From: an uncultured Gemmatimonadales bacterium
GTDB taxonomy: Bacteria > Gemmatimonadota > Gemmatimonadetes > Gemmatimonadales > Gemmatimonadaceae
Length of the DNA: 64,000 nt
Assembly: GCA_963851265.1 (NCBI GenBank)
Contig: CAWKNZ010000002.1
Span: 864,001 to 928,000 of the forward strand
Direction: 5' to 3'
The notes under the pieces: model-generated
What the model was told of the DNA's origin: nothing
What the model saw: the letters and a program-made list of their open reading frames with translations, nothing else
Database searches by the model: none
Shown: positions 31,357-40,948 of the stretch, piece by piece
Position numbering within the stretch: the first letter of the stretch is position 1
How the letters are laid out: the number at the start of each line of letters is the position of its first letter
Program-made: the position numbers and the translations under genes

Positions 31357-33066
31357 TCAATCCCACCATCCGTGCAGGAACCACGGAGCGTCGTCCGCCG
31401 GCGCCCCGAGGTCGCGGTAGAGCAGCACCAGCTCGCCGCCCCCGGTGAGACACTGCCAGTACTCGCGCGAGAGGGGCGCCCCGGTCTCCGCCCCCGCCGT
31501 CACCCGGTCGGGCCCGACTGCCGTGACCACCTCGACGAGCGGAATTCCGCGCGGTGCTCGCACCCCCTCGGCCAGCCGCTCGCGGTAGCGCACCGGGACC
31601 AGGTGCCCGCGCTCGGCGCGCGTCGTCACCGCGAGCGGACGCGGGCGCGGGAGCACGCGCAGGTTCATCGGCTCCTGCACGCCGGTGGACGCGTCGCCGG
31701 GCGCCTCGCCGGGCGCCTCGCCGGGCGCGTCGGGTGTCGCCGCGCGGACGAGGCCTAACGTCACGCCGCCGCGCCCGCCTGGCGCCGCCCGCCGCGCGTC
31801 GGCCCCGCCCGGATGTAGCGTGAGCCGCGGCGTCTCGGGGGACACGGCGGGGGAGACGGCACGCGGCCGCCCCTCGCACACGACCGGCGCGGCGCGCCCC
31901 GCCCGCAGCGCGGCCTCGACCGTCGTCGGCTCCCAGGCGAGGCGCCGCTCGGGCAGCGCGTGTGCGCCCGCTACCGGCCGCACGGGGCGCCCGGCGCCAT
32001 CCTCGATCAGCCGCGCGACGGCCGCCGCCGCCGCGCCCGCCGTCTGTCCGCCGCGGTCGAAGAGGTCCGCCTGCGGCGCTGCGGCCGCCCGCGCGGCTTC
32101 CACCCGCAGCGCGAGCCCGCACACGCCGTCCGGGAGCTCGACGCGTTCCAGCTCCGCTCGCAGCAGCCGGCGCCACGCGGCGGGGTCGGCGGTGTCGCGC
32201 GCGGCCCGCACGCGCCGCTCCACCGCACCGCCGCCGGCGAGCTGCACCACGAGCGTCATCGCGCCCGCTCCCTCGCCGCGCGCGTCCAACGCCTCGCACA
32301 CGCGCGCAACGAGCCGGCCCGCGACGAACAGCAGTCGCTCGGGCTCGCGCAGGTCGAACTCGGTCCACTCGAGCGACGCCGACGGCAGCGCGTGCCCGGC
32401 GTGCCGGAACACGCGCCGCGCGTCGTCCGCCCGCGCGAGCTTCCAGAGGGCGACGCCTGCTGCCCCGAGCCGCACCTCCACCGCCTCCCGCGCGATGCGG
32501 GCGAGCGCGCCGCACGTGACCACGCCCACGTCGGCGAGCGCCGCCACCGCCCGCGCCACCGCGGCCGGCGATACGGCGGCCGGCGATACGGCGGTCCCCG
32601 TGTCGCCGGCCGCGTCGGCCGTCACCGAGGGCAGCAGCGTGCTCAGCGCGTGCGGGGCGAGGAACGCGCGCTCGGCGTTCGGCGCCACCCCGGTCAGCGG
32701 CGCTTCCTGCCCGCCTCCCCCGCCTCCGTGCGCCCCCCAACGCGCCCCCCAACGCGCCGCCACCTCTGCGGCCACCGCGACGCGCGCGACCCCCACGCGC
32801 GGCCGCGCGACGTGCTCTGCGCGCGCATGGCGCAACACTTCACGCGCCACCCAACGCGCCGGCAGCCCGCGCCCGTCCGCCCAGACGTACGTCCCGCCCT
32901 CGGCCGGCACCACCACCGCGTGCGGCGTCACGCCGAGGAGTCGCGCGAGCAGCGGGGGCAACGCGCCTGCGTTAGGCGTCGTCGGCGCAGCCCCCGGCGG
33001 AGTCGCCTCCGCCGCCGGCTCCGCGGCGGTCGGCCGGTCGGGGGTCCAGAGCGTCACGAACGTCAT
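31357..33066 (-). CDS. imuB: ImuB-like inactive Y-family polymerase
   Basis: Lies between imuA-like and dnaE2; ALADVGVVTCGALAR HhH region; QADLF clamp-binding-like motif; C-terminal REYWQC...LLYRD...WFLHGWWD. Confidence 0.82.
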   Translation of the reverse strand: MTFVTLWTPDRPTAAEPAAEATPPGAAPTTPNAGALPPLLARLLGVTPHAVVVPAEGGTYVWADGRGLPARWVAREVLRHARAEHVARPRVGVARVAVAAEVAARWGARWGAHGGGGGGQEAPLTGVAPNAERAFLAPHALSTLLPSVTADAAGDTGTAVSPAAVSPAAVARAVAALADVGVVTCGALARIAREAVEVRLGAAGVALWKLARADDARRVFRHAGHALPSASLEWTEFDLREPERLLFVAGRLVARVCEALDARGEGAGAMTLVVQLAGGGAVERRVRAARDTADPAAWRRLLRAELERVELPDGVCGLALRVEAARAAAAPQADLFDRGGQTAGAAAAAVARLIEDGAGRPVRPVAGAHALPERRLAWEPTTVEAALRAGRAAPVVCEGRPRAVSPAVSPETPRLTLHPGGADARRAAPGGRGGVTLGLVRAATPDAPGEAPGEAPGDASTGVQEPMNLRVLPRPRPLAVTTRAERGHLVPVRYRERLAEGVRAPRGIPLVEVVTAVGPDRVTAGAETGAPLSREYWQCLTGGGELVLLYRDLGAPADDAPWFLHGWWD

Positions 33067-33757
33067 ACGCGGCCACCGCGAGCGTGACCTCCGCCCGCGC
33101 ATTCCACCCCAGCGCGCGCGCGCGCACCTCGGCACGCACCTCCGCCGGCGCCGCGGCGCCGAACGGCCCGCGCTGCCACCGCACCGCCCCCGGCAGCAGC
33201 CGCGACGTGATCCGCAGCGCGGCCATGCTCCCGCGCTCCGTGAGCACGACGAGCGCCGCCCCGCCGTCGCGCGTCGCCCGCGTGAGGCGCACCGTCTCGG
33301 TCCCCGCCGGCTCGCTCCCCGCCGCCATCTCGAGCACCACGAGCGCGAACGCCCCCGACCGCAGCACGAGCTCCGCACAGCGTAAGGCGTTCATCCGGTC
33401 GTTGGGCTGCACGACGAGTGGCAGCCGGTCCCCGCCGGGCGCGTCCGCCGCCGGCCACCCCCAGCCGTACGTCAGCGTCTCGGTGCCGTCGATCCAGGCG
33501 GCCCGCTCGCCGTCGGCGATCGCCGCGCGACACGCCGACCGCAGCACCGTCGCCGCCCCGGCCGCGGGCGCCCACGCCGTGAGCTTGCCCCGCGGCAGCC
33601 CGCCCCCCGGCAGCGCGCGGTCGAGCGCCGGGATGTTGGTCGACACCGGGCGCGCCAGCCGCTCCGCGTCCCGCTCGACCAACGGCCGCGCGTCCGGAAA
33701 CTGCTCGGCCAGCAGGCGCCGGACGTCCTGAATCGCGCGGAGCGGGGCGGCAGGCAC
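32972..33757 (-). CDS. imuA: ImuA-like RecA-fold protein
   Basis: VSTNIPALDRALPGGGLPRGKLT; AAWID; AELVLRSGAFALVVL; degenerate P-loop; first gene of the cassette. Confidence 0.8.
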   Translation of the reverse strand: MPAAPLRAIQDVRRLLAEQFPDARPLVERDAERLARPVSTNIPALDRALPGGGLPRGKLTAWAPAAGAATVLRSACRAAIADGERAAWIDGTETLTYGWGWPAADAPGGDRLPLVVQPNDRMNALRCAELVLRSGAFALVVLEMAAGSEPAGTETVRLTRATRDGGAALVVLTERGSMAALRITSRLLPGAVRWQRGPFGAAAPAEVRAEVRARALGWNARAEVTLAVAAYDVRDALDPRPADRRGAGGGGDSAGGCADDA

Positions 33758-33859
33758 GGTGCGAGGTCCGGTGGCGGGGCGCGGGTGACGGGGGCATCCG
33801 GGTGGGCAGGGGTTAGGCAGCCGCGTCGGAACCCGCTCGGCGCGAGCGGCGGGCGGCCA

Positions 33860-33888
33860 ATGCTATCCCGAACGAATACCGAAAGCAA
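33860..33888 (-). promoter_or_regulatory. imuA promoter with a candidate LexA operator in the spacer
   Basis: Minus strand TTGCTT-N17-TAGCAT; overlapping TTTC-N7-GTTC direct repeat at 33870-33884. Confidence 0.65.
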
Positions 33889-33932
33889 GGAACGCGCTCG
33901 CGCGTCCGTCGCGCCAGGCCGGCCCAACGCAT

Positions 33933-33968
33933 GCGGGCCCCGCAGACGCCGAGGTCTGCGGGGCCCGC
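33933..33968 (-). terminator. Hairpin downstream of the Ig-repeat lipoprotein gene
   Basis: GCGGGCCCCGCAGAC-GCCGAG-GTCTGCGGGGCCCGC, 15-bp stem. Confidence 0.55.
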
Positions 33969-34016
33969 GCCCGCGTGTCGCCGTTAGCCCGGCCCTACGG
34001 CCGGGTCACCGCCGCC

Positions 34017-35933
34017 TCACGGGTCGAACTGCGCCGCCACCGCCGACACGCCGTTCGCCGGGACGAGGCAGGTACCGTCGGTCTGGACCGCCGGGCACCC
34101 GAGCCAGCGCGTGAAGTGGTACCCGCTGGCCGGAATGGCCGTCAGGACCTCTCCCCTGGCGGGAACGCGGCTCGGGACCCACGGCGCGATGCAGGTGCCG
34201 CCGTCGGGGCTGTTGGCCTGCGACCGGTCGCACGGGGCCGAGATGACCAACGTCGTGATCGTGATCGCGCCGAGGCCGGCGCCGGTCGGCGCGACCGTGA
34301 CGCCGTTCGCCGACGACAGCGACGCGAACGTCGCGACCGGGGTCGCACCGCCCGCCCCGATCGTGAACACGCACGTCGTCCCGCTCGACGCGCACGACAC
34401 CCCGCTCCACCCGGTGAACGAGCTGAGCGCGTCCGGCGTCGCCGTCAGCGTGACCTGGGTGCCCGCCGTGTACTGCGTCGTGCACGTCGCGCCGATCGTG
34501 ATGCCGCCGAGTTGGTGACAGCTGATCGTGCCCGCGGCCCCCGCCGGCGAACTCGTCACGTACCCGCCGCCGTTGGCGGTGCCGACCGTGTTGAGCGTGA
34601 GCGAGACGGCCGCCGCGAAGGCCACGCCGACCGTCTTGTTCGTCGTCACCGAGGCGAGCGTACACGCGCCCGAACCGCTGCAGTCCCCGCTGAACGAGAA
34701 CGCCTGCGCGGACGGGTTGGCGCGGGTCACGTTCACCGTCACCGTCGCCCCGAAGTCGACCGACCGGGGGCACGTGACCGTCGTCTGGCCCGAGGCGAGC
34801 GTGCACACCGTCGCGTCCACCGCGCCGCCCGTAGCCGACAGCGTCGCGGAGCCGCCGGTCCCGGTCGGGTCGGTCAGCGTGAGCGTGAGCGTCGACGCGC
34901 GGTCGTGCGCGGAGAGGAACTGCACCGTGGCGTTCCGCGCGGCGCTCGGCGTGACCGTGCAGGTCGCGCTCGTGCCGGCCGTGCTGCAGTCGCCGCCCCA
35001 GCCCCCGAACGTGCTGCCGGCGTCGGGCGCCGCGGTGAGCGTGACCGCCGAATCGCTCGGGAACGGGCGCGAGGTGCAGCTCGAACCCGACGGCGTGCCG
35101 TTCACGATGCGGCACGCGAGACCCGCCGGGCTCGACGCCACCGATCCGGTGCCCGTCGCCCCGCTCACGCCGGCGATCGTGACCGTGTTGGCCGTGAACA
35201 CCGTGACCGGCAGGGTCGCCGTCTGGCCGGCCACGCTGGCGCTGACCACGGTGTTGCCCACCGTGACCGGGGTGAGGAGCCCCGAGGTCGCGTCGACGGT
35301 CGCCACCGAGGCGGTGTTCGACGACCACGACACGGCCCGGCCCGCGAGCACGTTGTTGCTCGCGTCGAGCACCCGCGCGGTGAGCTGGAGCGGGGCGCCC
35401 ACGACGGCGCGCGCGCTCGGCGAGGTCCCCGTCGGGGTGAGGATCTGCACCGACGCGACCTGAACGAAGCTCACGGCCGGGCTCACCGTCAGCGTGGCGC
35501 CGCCCGCGAGCGTGTACGGGCCGACGCTCTGCGCGTCGACGGCCGTGCCGCCCGCGAGGAGCGTCAGCTGCAAGTGCACCCCGCAGGTCGTCGCCGACGA
35601 GCCGCCCGCGCGCGCGGCGTCGTTGAGGCAGGGCGCGAGGTCGAGCGTGAACGGGACGTTCTGCGACCCGCCCCCCGAGACCGCGACGGTCTGCGTGGCG
35701 AGGGCGCCCGCCGCGCCGCTCGCGCGGTCGTACGTGGCGACGACTTGGACGCCGAGCGAGCCGGCGTTTGGGGCGACGGAGATCTGCGTCGGAACGGTGA
35801 CGGCGACGGTGGTGACGGGCGATTTGACGCCGGTGCCGCTGTCACTGCCACCGCCGCACGCGCCAGCCGCCGTGAGGACGGCTGCGACGGCGAGCGTGCG
35901 GCGCAGGGTGAGAACGCTACGAGGCTGCAGCAT
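34017..35933 (-). CDS. Surface lipoprotein with Big_2 Ig-like domain and InlB B-repeat-like domains
   Basis: Lipobox AGAC; VSWSSNTASVATVDATSGLLT; repeated VTLTAxPD..S.FxGWxGxC units. Confidence 0.82.
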   Translation of the reverse strand: MLQPRSVLTLRRTLAVAAVLTAAGACGGGSDSGTGVKSPVTTVAVTVPTQISVAPNAGSLGVQVVATYDRASGAAGALATQTVAVSGGGSQNVPFTLDLAPCLNDAARAGGSSATTCGVHLQLTLLAGGTAVDAQSVGPYTLAGGATLTVSPAVSFVQVASVQILTPTGTSPSARAVVGAPLQLTARVLDASNNVLAGRAVSWSSNTASVATVDATSGLLTPVTVGNTVVSASVAGQTATLPVTVFTANTVTIAGVSGATGTGSVASSPAGLACRIVNGTPSGSSCTSRPFPSDSAVTLTAAPDAGSTFGGWGGDCSTAGTSATCTVTPSAARNATVQFLSAHDRASTLTLTLTDPTGTGGSATLSATGGAVDATVCTLASGQTTVTCPRSVDFGATVTVNVTRANPSAQAFSFSGDCSGSGACTLASVTTNKTVGVAFAAAVSLTLNTVGTANGGGYVTSSPAGAAGTISCHQLGGITIGATCTTQYTAGTQVTLTATPDALSSFTGWSGVSCASSGTTCVFTIGAGGATPVATFASLSSANGVTVAPTGAGLGAITITTLVISAPCDRSQANSPDGGTCIAPWVPSRVPARGEVLTAIPASGYHFTRWLGCPAVQTDGTCLVPANGVSAVAAQFDP

Positions 35934-36181
35934 GGATAGGCGCGAGGGGCTCGCCGGGCGGGGCGCCACGTGCGCCCCGCCCGGCGGGCTCGATTTGCCA
36001 GTACAGTAGTCGCGCGTACACCCGGCGCGGAATGTCGGGAATGTGCAACAGTGCGATCGTAGCACGCGCGCCACGGGCGTCCGGCCCGGTGGCGGGTGGG
36101 CGCCGTGCTTCCGTTAGGCGCGGCACGGCGCGCCGACCGGCTACGTTTCGACGCCCGTCGACCCCTCCCACTTTCGCGCCC

Positions 36182-36775
36182 GTGTCCACACCCGACGCCC
36201 CCGACCTCGCGTTCCCGCGGCCCCGGCCCGCGTCTGCGGCCGACCCCGCCGCTCGGCCAGCCGCCTTCTCCGACGGCGGGGCGCCCGGCGCGGGCCCCGC
36301 GGCCGCGGCAGTCCCGAGCCGACGCGCGGCCGACGCACCCGCGCACGGTCTCCGCACACGGCCCGTCGACCGGATGCTGCACATGCTGCTGCTCGCCGCG
36401 GAGCGCGACGTGCGGGTGGGCCTGACGGTCAGCGTGGGGGACGTGCTCGTGACCGGCAACCTGATCGGCACCGTCGCGTACTGCCGCGCCGTCGCCGACC
36501 AGTTCGCGACGGCCGCCGGGGGGACCGGAATGGACGAATCCTTTGCCGAGGCGTTCCGGGGACTCGTCGACGACGCGTACGGCGCGGCGCACGGCGACCG
36601 GCGTCAGCCAGCCGACGCCGCCGCATACGAGCGTGCGGTCGAATTCGTCCACCTCGAGGACGCGCGATACATGACCGGAGCCGGGCTCCTCCCCATCACG
36701 CGGCGCGGCGTACTCTGGTGTTGTCGCGCCGACGACGTCACGGCGTGGAGCATCGGTGATCTGACCCACGGCTGA
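36182..36775 (+). CDS. GvpU-like protein (start uncertain)
   Basis: VGLTVSVGDVLVTGNLIG..AY...EFVHLEDARY...VLWCCRADDVTAWSIG follows the GvpU pattern as I recall it. Confidence 0.6.
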   Translation: MSTPDAPDLAFPRPRPASAADPAARPAAFSDGGAPGAGPAAAAVPSRRAADAPAHGLRTRPVDRMLHMLLLAAERDVRVGLTVSVGDVLVTGNLIGTVAYCRAVADQFATAAGGTGMDESFAEAFRGLVDDAYGAAHGDRRQPADAAAYERAVEFVHLEDARYMTGAGLLPITRRGVLWCCRADDVTAWSIGDLTHG

Positions 36776-36913
36776 CCGGGCCCGACCTCCGGGCCCGGCG
36801 ATTGGGGCCGGGATGGAAGGGGGAGAGAGGAGCGCGAACACGATCTCGCGGCCGCCTGTCACGCGTCCTCGCCGAACACGGGCGAGCCTGTTACGATGGG
36901 CGTGTAGCAAAGA

Positions 36914-36929
36914 TGTGACCTGGCTCACC
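36914..36929. promoter_or_regulatory. CRP/FNR-family-like binding site upstream of PEP-CTERM gene 1
   Basis: TGTGA-CCTGGC-TCACC with AT-rich flanks, about 75 nt before the ATG. Confidence 0.45.
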
Positions 36930-37003
36930 AAATTGTGGCCGGCCACGTCCGCGGGCCTCGACCGACTCCCCAGCACTCTCCCCTCCCAATCCCCCCCCGT
37001 TCC

Positions 37004-37795
37004 ATGCATCGTTGGCTCTCGACCGCTGTGATCGCGACCGCTCTTCTCGCGGCTCCCGCCGCCGCGCAGATCACGCCGGGCAGCACCTTCACGTTCAGAG
37101 GCGTTGCGAACGCCTCCGACATCGGACTCGGTGGCGTGATGCTCGATTTCTCTCCGAAGGTGATCGCGGCCGCGTCGGCCAACACCGGCTCGTTCGGCGT
37201 GTTCAACACGGACGCCGATGGCGGGATGTCGGGCGACGTCGCGGGCATTCGCGTGGGGAACGGCGACAACCCGGTCGCTAACTTCCTCACGCTCGGGGGC
37301 TTTCGCTTCAGCATCGCGTCACTCCCGAGCGGGATGTACGCGCAGGACGCCTGCTACGTCGAACCGGAGCTGGGGCAGACCTGCACGCCGTTCCAGTCGG
37401 TCCAGGGTGATCCTGCGGTGAACGCCGGGATGTCGCCGTTCTACGTTGCGAATCTCGACTCGGGTGATCCCGACGCGCCCATGAACTCGACGGCGGCGTT
37501 CGCACTGCTCGGTACCGTGACCGGCCCCGACGGTTACGTCTCGACGTTCACGGGAACGGTCGCGTCGTCATTCGTCGGGCTGCCGTACCAGTACGTGCTC
37601 TACACGCTCGAGCAGGACGGACTGCAGGACGTGACGTTCACCGGCCGGTTCGTTGCCGGCCCCGTGATCGGCCGCACCGACGCCGTGCCGCCGATCGACA
37701 CCGCCGTTACGCCCGAGCCCGCGACGTACGCCCTGCTCGGCTTCGGGCTCGCCGGCGTGGCCGGCGTGAGTCGCCGGCGCAAGGCACGCACGTAA
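37004..37795 (+). CDS. PEP-CTERM sorting-domain protein 1
   Basis: Signal peptide ending AAAQ; C-terminus VTPEPATYALLGFGLAGVAGVSRRRKART. Confidence 0.92.
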   Translation: MHRWLSTAVIATALLAAPAAAQITPGSTFTFRGVANASDIGLGGVMLDFSPKVIAAASANTGSFGVFNTDADGGMSGDVAGIRVGNGDNPVANFLTLGGFRFSIASLPSGMYAQDACYVEPELGQTCTPFQSVQGDPAVNAGMSPFYVANLDSGDPDAPMNSTAAFALLGTVTGPDGYVSTFTGTVASSFVGLPYQYVLYTLEQDGLQDVTFTGRFVAGPVIGRTDAVPPIDTAVTPEPATYALLGFGLAGVAGVSRRRKART

Positions 37796-37824
37796 CGCGG
37801 CGCACGCGCAGCGATGACGACGTA

Positions 37825-37862
37825 AGGCGGAGCGGCCACTGCGGTCGCTCCGCCTCTTCGTT
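37825..37862 (+). terminator. Intrinsic terminator after PEP-CTERM gene 1
   Basis: AGGCGGAGCGGCC-ACTGC-GGTCGCTCCGCCT followed by CTTCGTT. Confidence 0.55.
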
Positions 37863-38361
37863 GAGCGGAATTCGGCGTGCGTCGCGCCGACGCCACACGC
37901 TCGCGACATCTGTTTGCGCGGCGTGTACGCGCGACCTGACGCTGTCCGAACCAGATCGATCACGTTCGAACCATGTGCGAACGTCGACCCGACGATTGTG
38001 GCAATTGCTGTAGCACTCACACTACGCATTCGCGGGCACGTCCACTACGAAACGAGCGCGAGTGCAGTTCGCCCCGCGTACGGTCCGATCGGGTGCGCCG
38101 GCACGCGGTGTGCTTGTAGCTGCGGCGAACGTCGTGGTGCAGTGGGACGGGCGAGACCGCGATGTAGCAGGTGTGTGACTAATTGATATCAAGTGTGATT
38201 TCAGAGTCATTCGACCTGGCATATAGCATCTGACGGCAGTACGTTGGGGCTGTTCGGTGGCGCTCCCGGTTCAACCAGGTGCGACACTGTCACAGGTCCA
38301 CACTCAGCACGGGGGCTGCGTGTGGACGGTTAGTCCAGAGATCCACCTTCAGGGGGGCAGG

Positions 38362-39066
38362 ATGATTCGTTCGTTCACGTTCAAGGCCGTGACGGCAGCC
38401 ACGCTGTCGTTTGCGGTGGCGTCGGTTGCATCGGCGCAAACCCAGAGCCGGCTCAACTTCAGCGGCTCGGTCAACATTCAGGACGCGCCCAACAGCGGCG
38501 GCGCGAACCTGCTGCTCGACTTCCTCGCGGGCCCCAACCAGAACGTCGGCGGCACGCCCACGGGGAACGTGATCGCGGTCCCGACGATCAACGGCATCTT
38601 CACGCCGGCGATCGCGCCGGGCACGCAGGGCATCATCTCCGACCTCACGATCTCGCCCGCGGGCGTGGTCGGGCTGCCGGTGAGCCCGTTCCTCACGATC
38701 GGCGGCTACACCTTCACGCTCCAGGGCACGCAGAACAGCCCGGGCGCCGTCACCTTCGGGCCGATCGCGCTCAACCCGGCCGGCACGCAGGGCTCGACGG
38801 CGACGTTCTCGGTGTTCGGCACCGAGACCGGCCCGGTCGGGGGCATGCAGACGTTCAGCGGCGTGTTCACGGCGCAGTTCGCCGGCCTGACGCCGACGCA
38901 GGTCTTCAACACGATCAACTCGGGCGGCGTGCTGTCGGCCGTGTCGATCTCGGCGGAGTTCCTCGTCCCCGCGACGGTCACCACGCCGGAGCCGGCCACG
39001 TACGCGCTCCTGGCGACCGGGCTCGGCGCCCTGGGCCTCGTCGCCCGCCGCCGCCGCCAGGCGTAA
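38362..39066 (+). CDS. PEP-CTERM sorting-domain protein 2
   Basis: AGGGGGG purine tract before the ATG; signal peptide ending ASAQ; C-terminus TTPEPATYALLATGLGALGLVARRRRQA. Confidence 0.93.
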   Translation: MIRSFTFKAVTAATLSFAVASVASAQTQSRLNFSGSVNIQDAPNSGGANLLLDFLAGPNQNVGGTPTGNVIAVPTINGIFTPAIAPGTQGIISDLTISPAGVVGLPVSPFLTIGGYTFTLQGTQNSPGAVTFGPIALNPAGTQGSTATFSVFGTETGPVGGMQTFSGVFTAQFAGLTPTQVFNTINSGGVLSAVSISAEFLVPATVTTPEPATYALLATGLGALGLVARRRRQA

Positions 39067-39135
39067 CAACACGGCCCCGCCGGTACGCGGAGCTCGCGGG
39101 ACTGAGTCCCGCGTACCCGACGGGCCTTGAGTGCA

Positions 39136-39186
39136 CGACGAAACGAGTGGGGCGGCGCACCGTGCGCCGCCCCACTCGTTTCGTCG
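39136..39186. terminator. 25-bp perfect inverted repeat, likely bidirectional terminator
   Basis: CGACGAAACGAGTGGGGCGGCGCAC-C-GTGCGCCGCCCCACTCGTTTCGTCG between convergent genes. Confidence 0.65.
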
Positions 39187-39200
39187 CGTCCGGCCGTACG

Positions 39201-40790
39201 TTAGGCCGCGCGGGACGCGCCCGGCCGGGCGCCCGGCGATTCGTTAGGCGTCACCGCGGCCGCGCGTTCTGCAGTTGACGCACGCTCGCCCTCGGCCGAC
39301 GGCTGGCCGCGGCGGTGGGCGAGGGCGGCGCGGGCCTCGGCGACGGCGTCGGCGAGGCGGGCGGCGGCGTCGGCGCACTGGGCGGGGGTGTGGTCGGCCT
39401 GGGCCTGGAGGCGGAAGCGCGCGGCGCGCACGCCGACGGCGGGGAACTCGACCAGGTTGGCGAAGAGCCCGCGGCGCAGCACGCCGCCGCTGGCCAGGCG
39501 CGCCAGCGGGGTGTGGCCGATGAGCACGGGCACCACGGCGGCGGGCTCGCCGAGGCACGCGAGCCCGCGCGCGCCGAGCGCCGCGCGCAGCGCCGCGACG
39601 TTGGCCAGCAGGCGCTCGCGGCGCGCGGCGCCCTCGGGCCCGCGCACGATGGCGAGCGCCGCGCGCACCACGGCCACCTGCAGCGGCGAGAGCGCGTTGG
39701 AGAACGTGTAGGGGCCGCCGTAGGCCTCCAGGTAGGCGCGCACCCCGGCGGAGCGCGTGGCCACGAAGCCGCCGTTCGAGGCGAAGGTCTTCGAGAACGC
39801 GCCCATCACCAGGTCCACCTCGCCCAGGAGCCCCGAGCGCCCCACGTGCCCCGTGCCCCCGGGGCCGAGCGCGCCGAAGTCGTGCGCCACGTCGACCAGG
39901 AGCGTCGCCTGGTACTCGCGGCACACCGCGCGCATGGCGCCGAGGTCGGGCGAGTCGGCGTCCATCGAGAACAGGCCCTCGGTGAGCACCAGGATCCCGT
40001 GGCGCGCGTCGGCCGCGCGGATCTGGGCGAGCGCGCGCGCCAGGGCCGGCACGCTCAGGTGCTCCACGCGCGTCACGTTCGCGGTGGCCGCCTGCGCCCC
40101 GGTCTGCAGCGAGGCGTGCGCCAGGCGGTCCATGACCACGTGGTCGTCGGGGCGCACCAGCGCGGTCACCGCCGCGAACGCCGCGCCCCAGCCGCTGGAG
40201 AAGAGCACCACGTGCTCCACGCCCAGCGCCTCGCCCAGCTCGCGCTCCAGCGCGCGCGAGGCCGCCGAGCGCCCCTGCAGCGCGCCCGAGCCCCCGGAGT
40301 GCACGCCGAAGCGCTCGAGCGCGTCGGCCGCGGCCGCCCGCACCGCCGGGTGCGCCGCGAGCGAGAGGTAGTCCTGCGTGGCGAAGTTGAGCCCCTCCAC
40401 GTAGCCCGCCCCCGCCGCCGCGTCCCCGGCCGCCCCGGGCGCGAACCGCGCCCCCTCGGCCCGCGCCACCGGGCCCACGCCCCCCTCCACCGCCCGCGCG
40501 TACGGCCACACCTCGGCCGCGCGCCGCGCCGCGATCCACGGCGCGATCCCCGCCGTGCGCGCCACCAGGTCCGGCCCGCTCGGCCGCGCGAACTCCGCGA
40601 AGCTCCCCCGCAGCGGGTCCACCCCCGCCCACGCCCCCGCGTCGAGCGCCCCCGCCGCGACCCCGGCCGCCGACGCGCCCGCGGCGGCCGCGGGCGGCGT
40701 AGACGGATCAGAGGGAGGAACGAGCGACGGATGAAGCGGCACGAGGAACGCGGTTCGGGACAGCGGAGCGACGAAGCCAGACAGGATCAC
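39201..40790 (-). CDS. PLP-dependent alpha-oxoamine synthase family enzyme (BioF/KBL/SPT/CqsA-like); start uncertain
   Basis: NFATQDYLSLA; FSSGW; DRLAHASL; EGLFSMDAD; DVAHDFG; GAFSKTFASNGG (PLP lysine). Confidence 0.88.
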   Translation of the reverse strand: MILSGFVAPLSRTAFLVPLHPSLVPPSDPSTPPAAAAGASAAGVAAGALDAGAWAGVDPLRGSFAEFARPSGPDLVARTAGIAPWIAARRAAEVWPYARAVEGGVGPVARAEGARFAPGAAGDAAAGAGYVEGLNFATQDYLSLAAHPAVRAAAADALERFGVHSGGSGALQGRSAASRALERELGEALGVEHVVLFSSGWGAAFAAVTALVRPDDHVVMDRLAHASLQTGAQAATANVTRVEHLSVPALARALAQIRAADARHGILVLTEGLFSMDADSPDLGAMRAVCREYQATLLVDVAHDFGALGPGGTGHVGRSGLLGEVDLVMGAFSKTFASNGGFVATRSAGVRAYLEAYGGPYTFSNALSPLQVAVVRAALAIVRGPEGAARRERLLANVAALRAALGARGLACLGEPAAVVPVLIGHTPLARLASGGVLRRGLFANLVEFPAVGVRAARFRLQAQADHTPAQCADAAARLADAVAEARAALAHRRGQPSAEGERASTAERAAAVTPNESPGARPGASRAA

Positions 40791-40948
40791 GCACGAGGAC
40801 CCCTACGAACGACGGCGCGCCAGGTCGACCAACGGGCGGAACGATCTCATCTCCTGAGATCGTGTCGCCCGAGTCGCCCTGAACGCGCCCGGTCCTACGA
40901 TGTCATGTTCCGTCATGTGCGTCGACCGGGAGCGTGACCGGCAGACGA

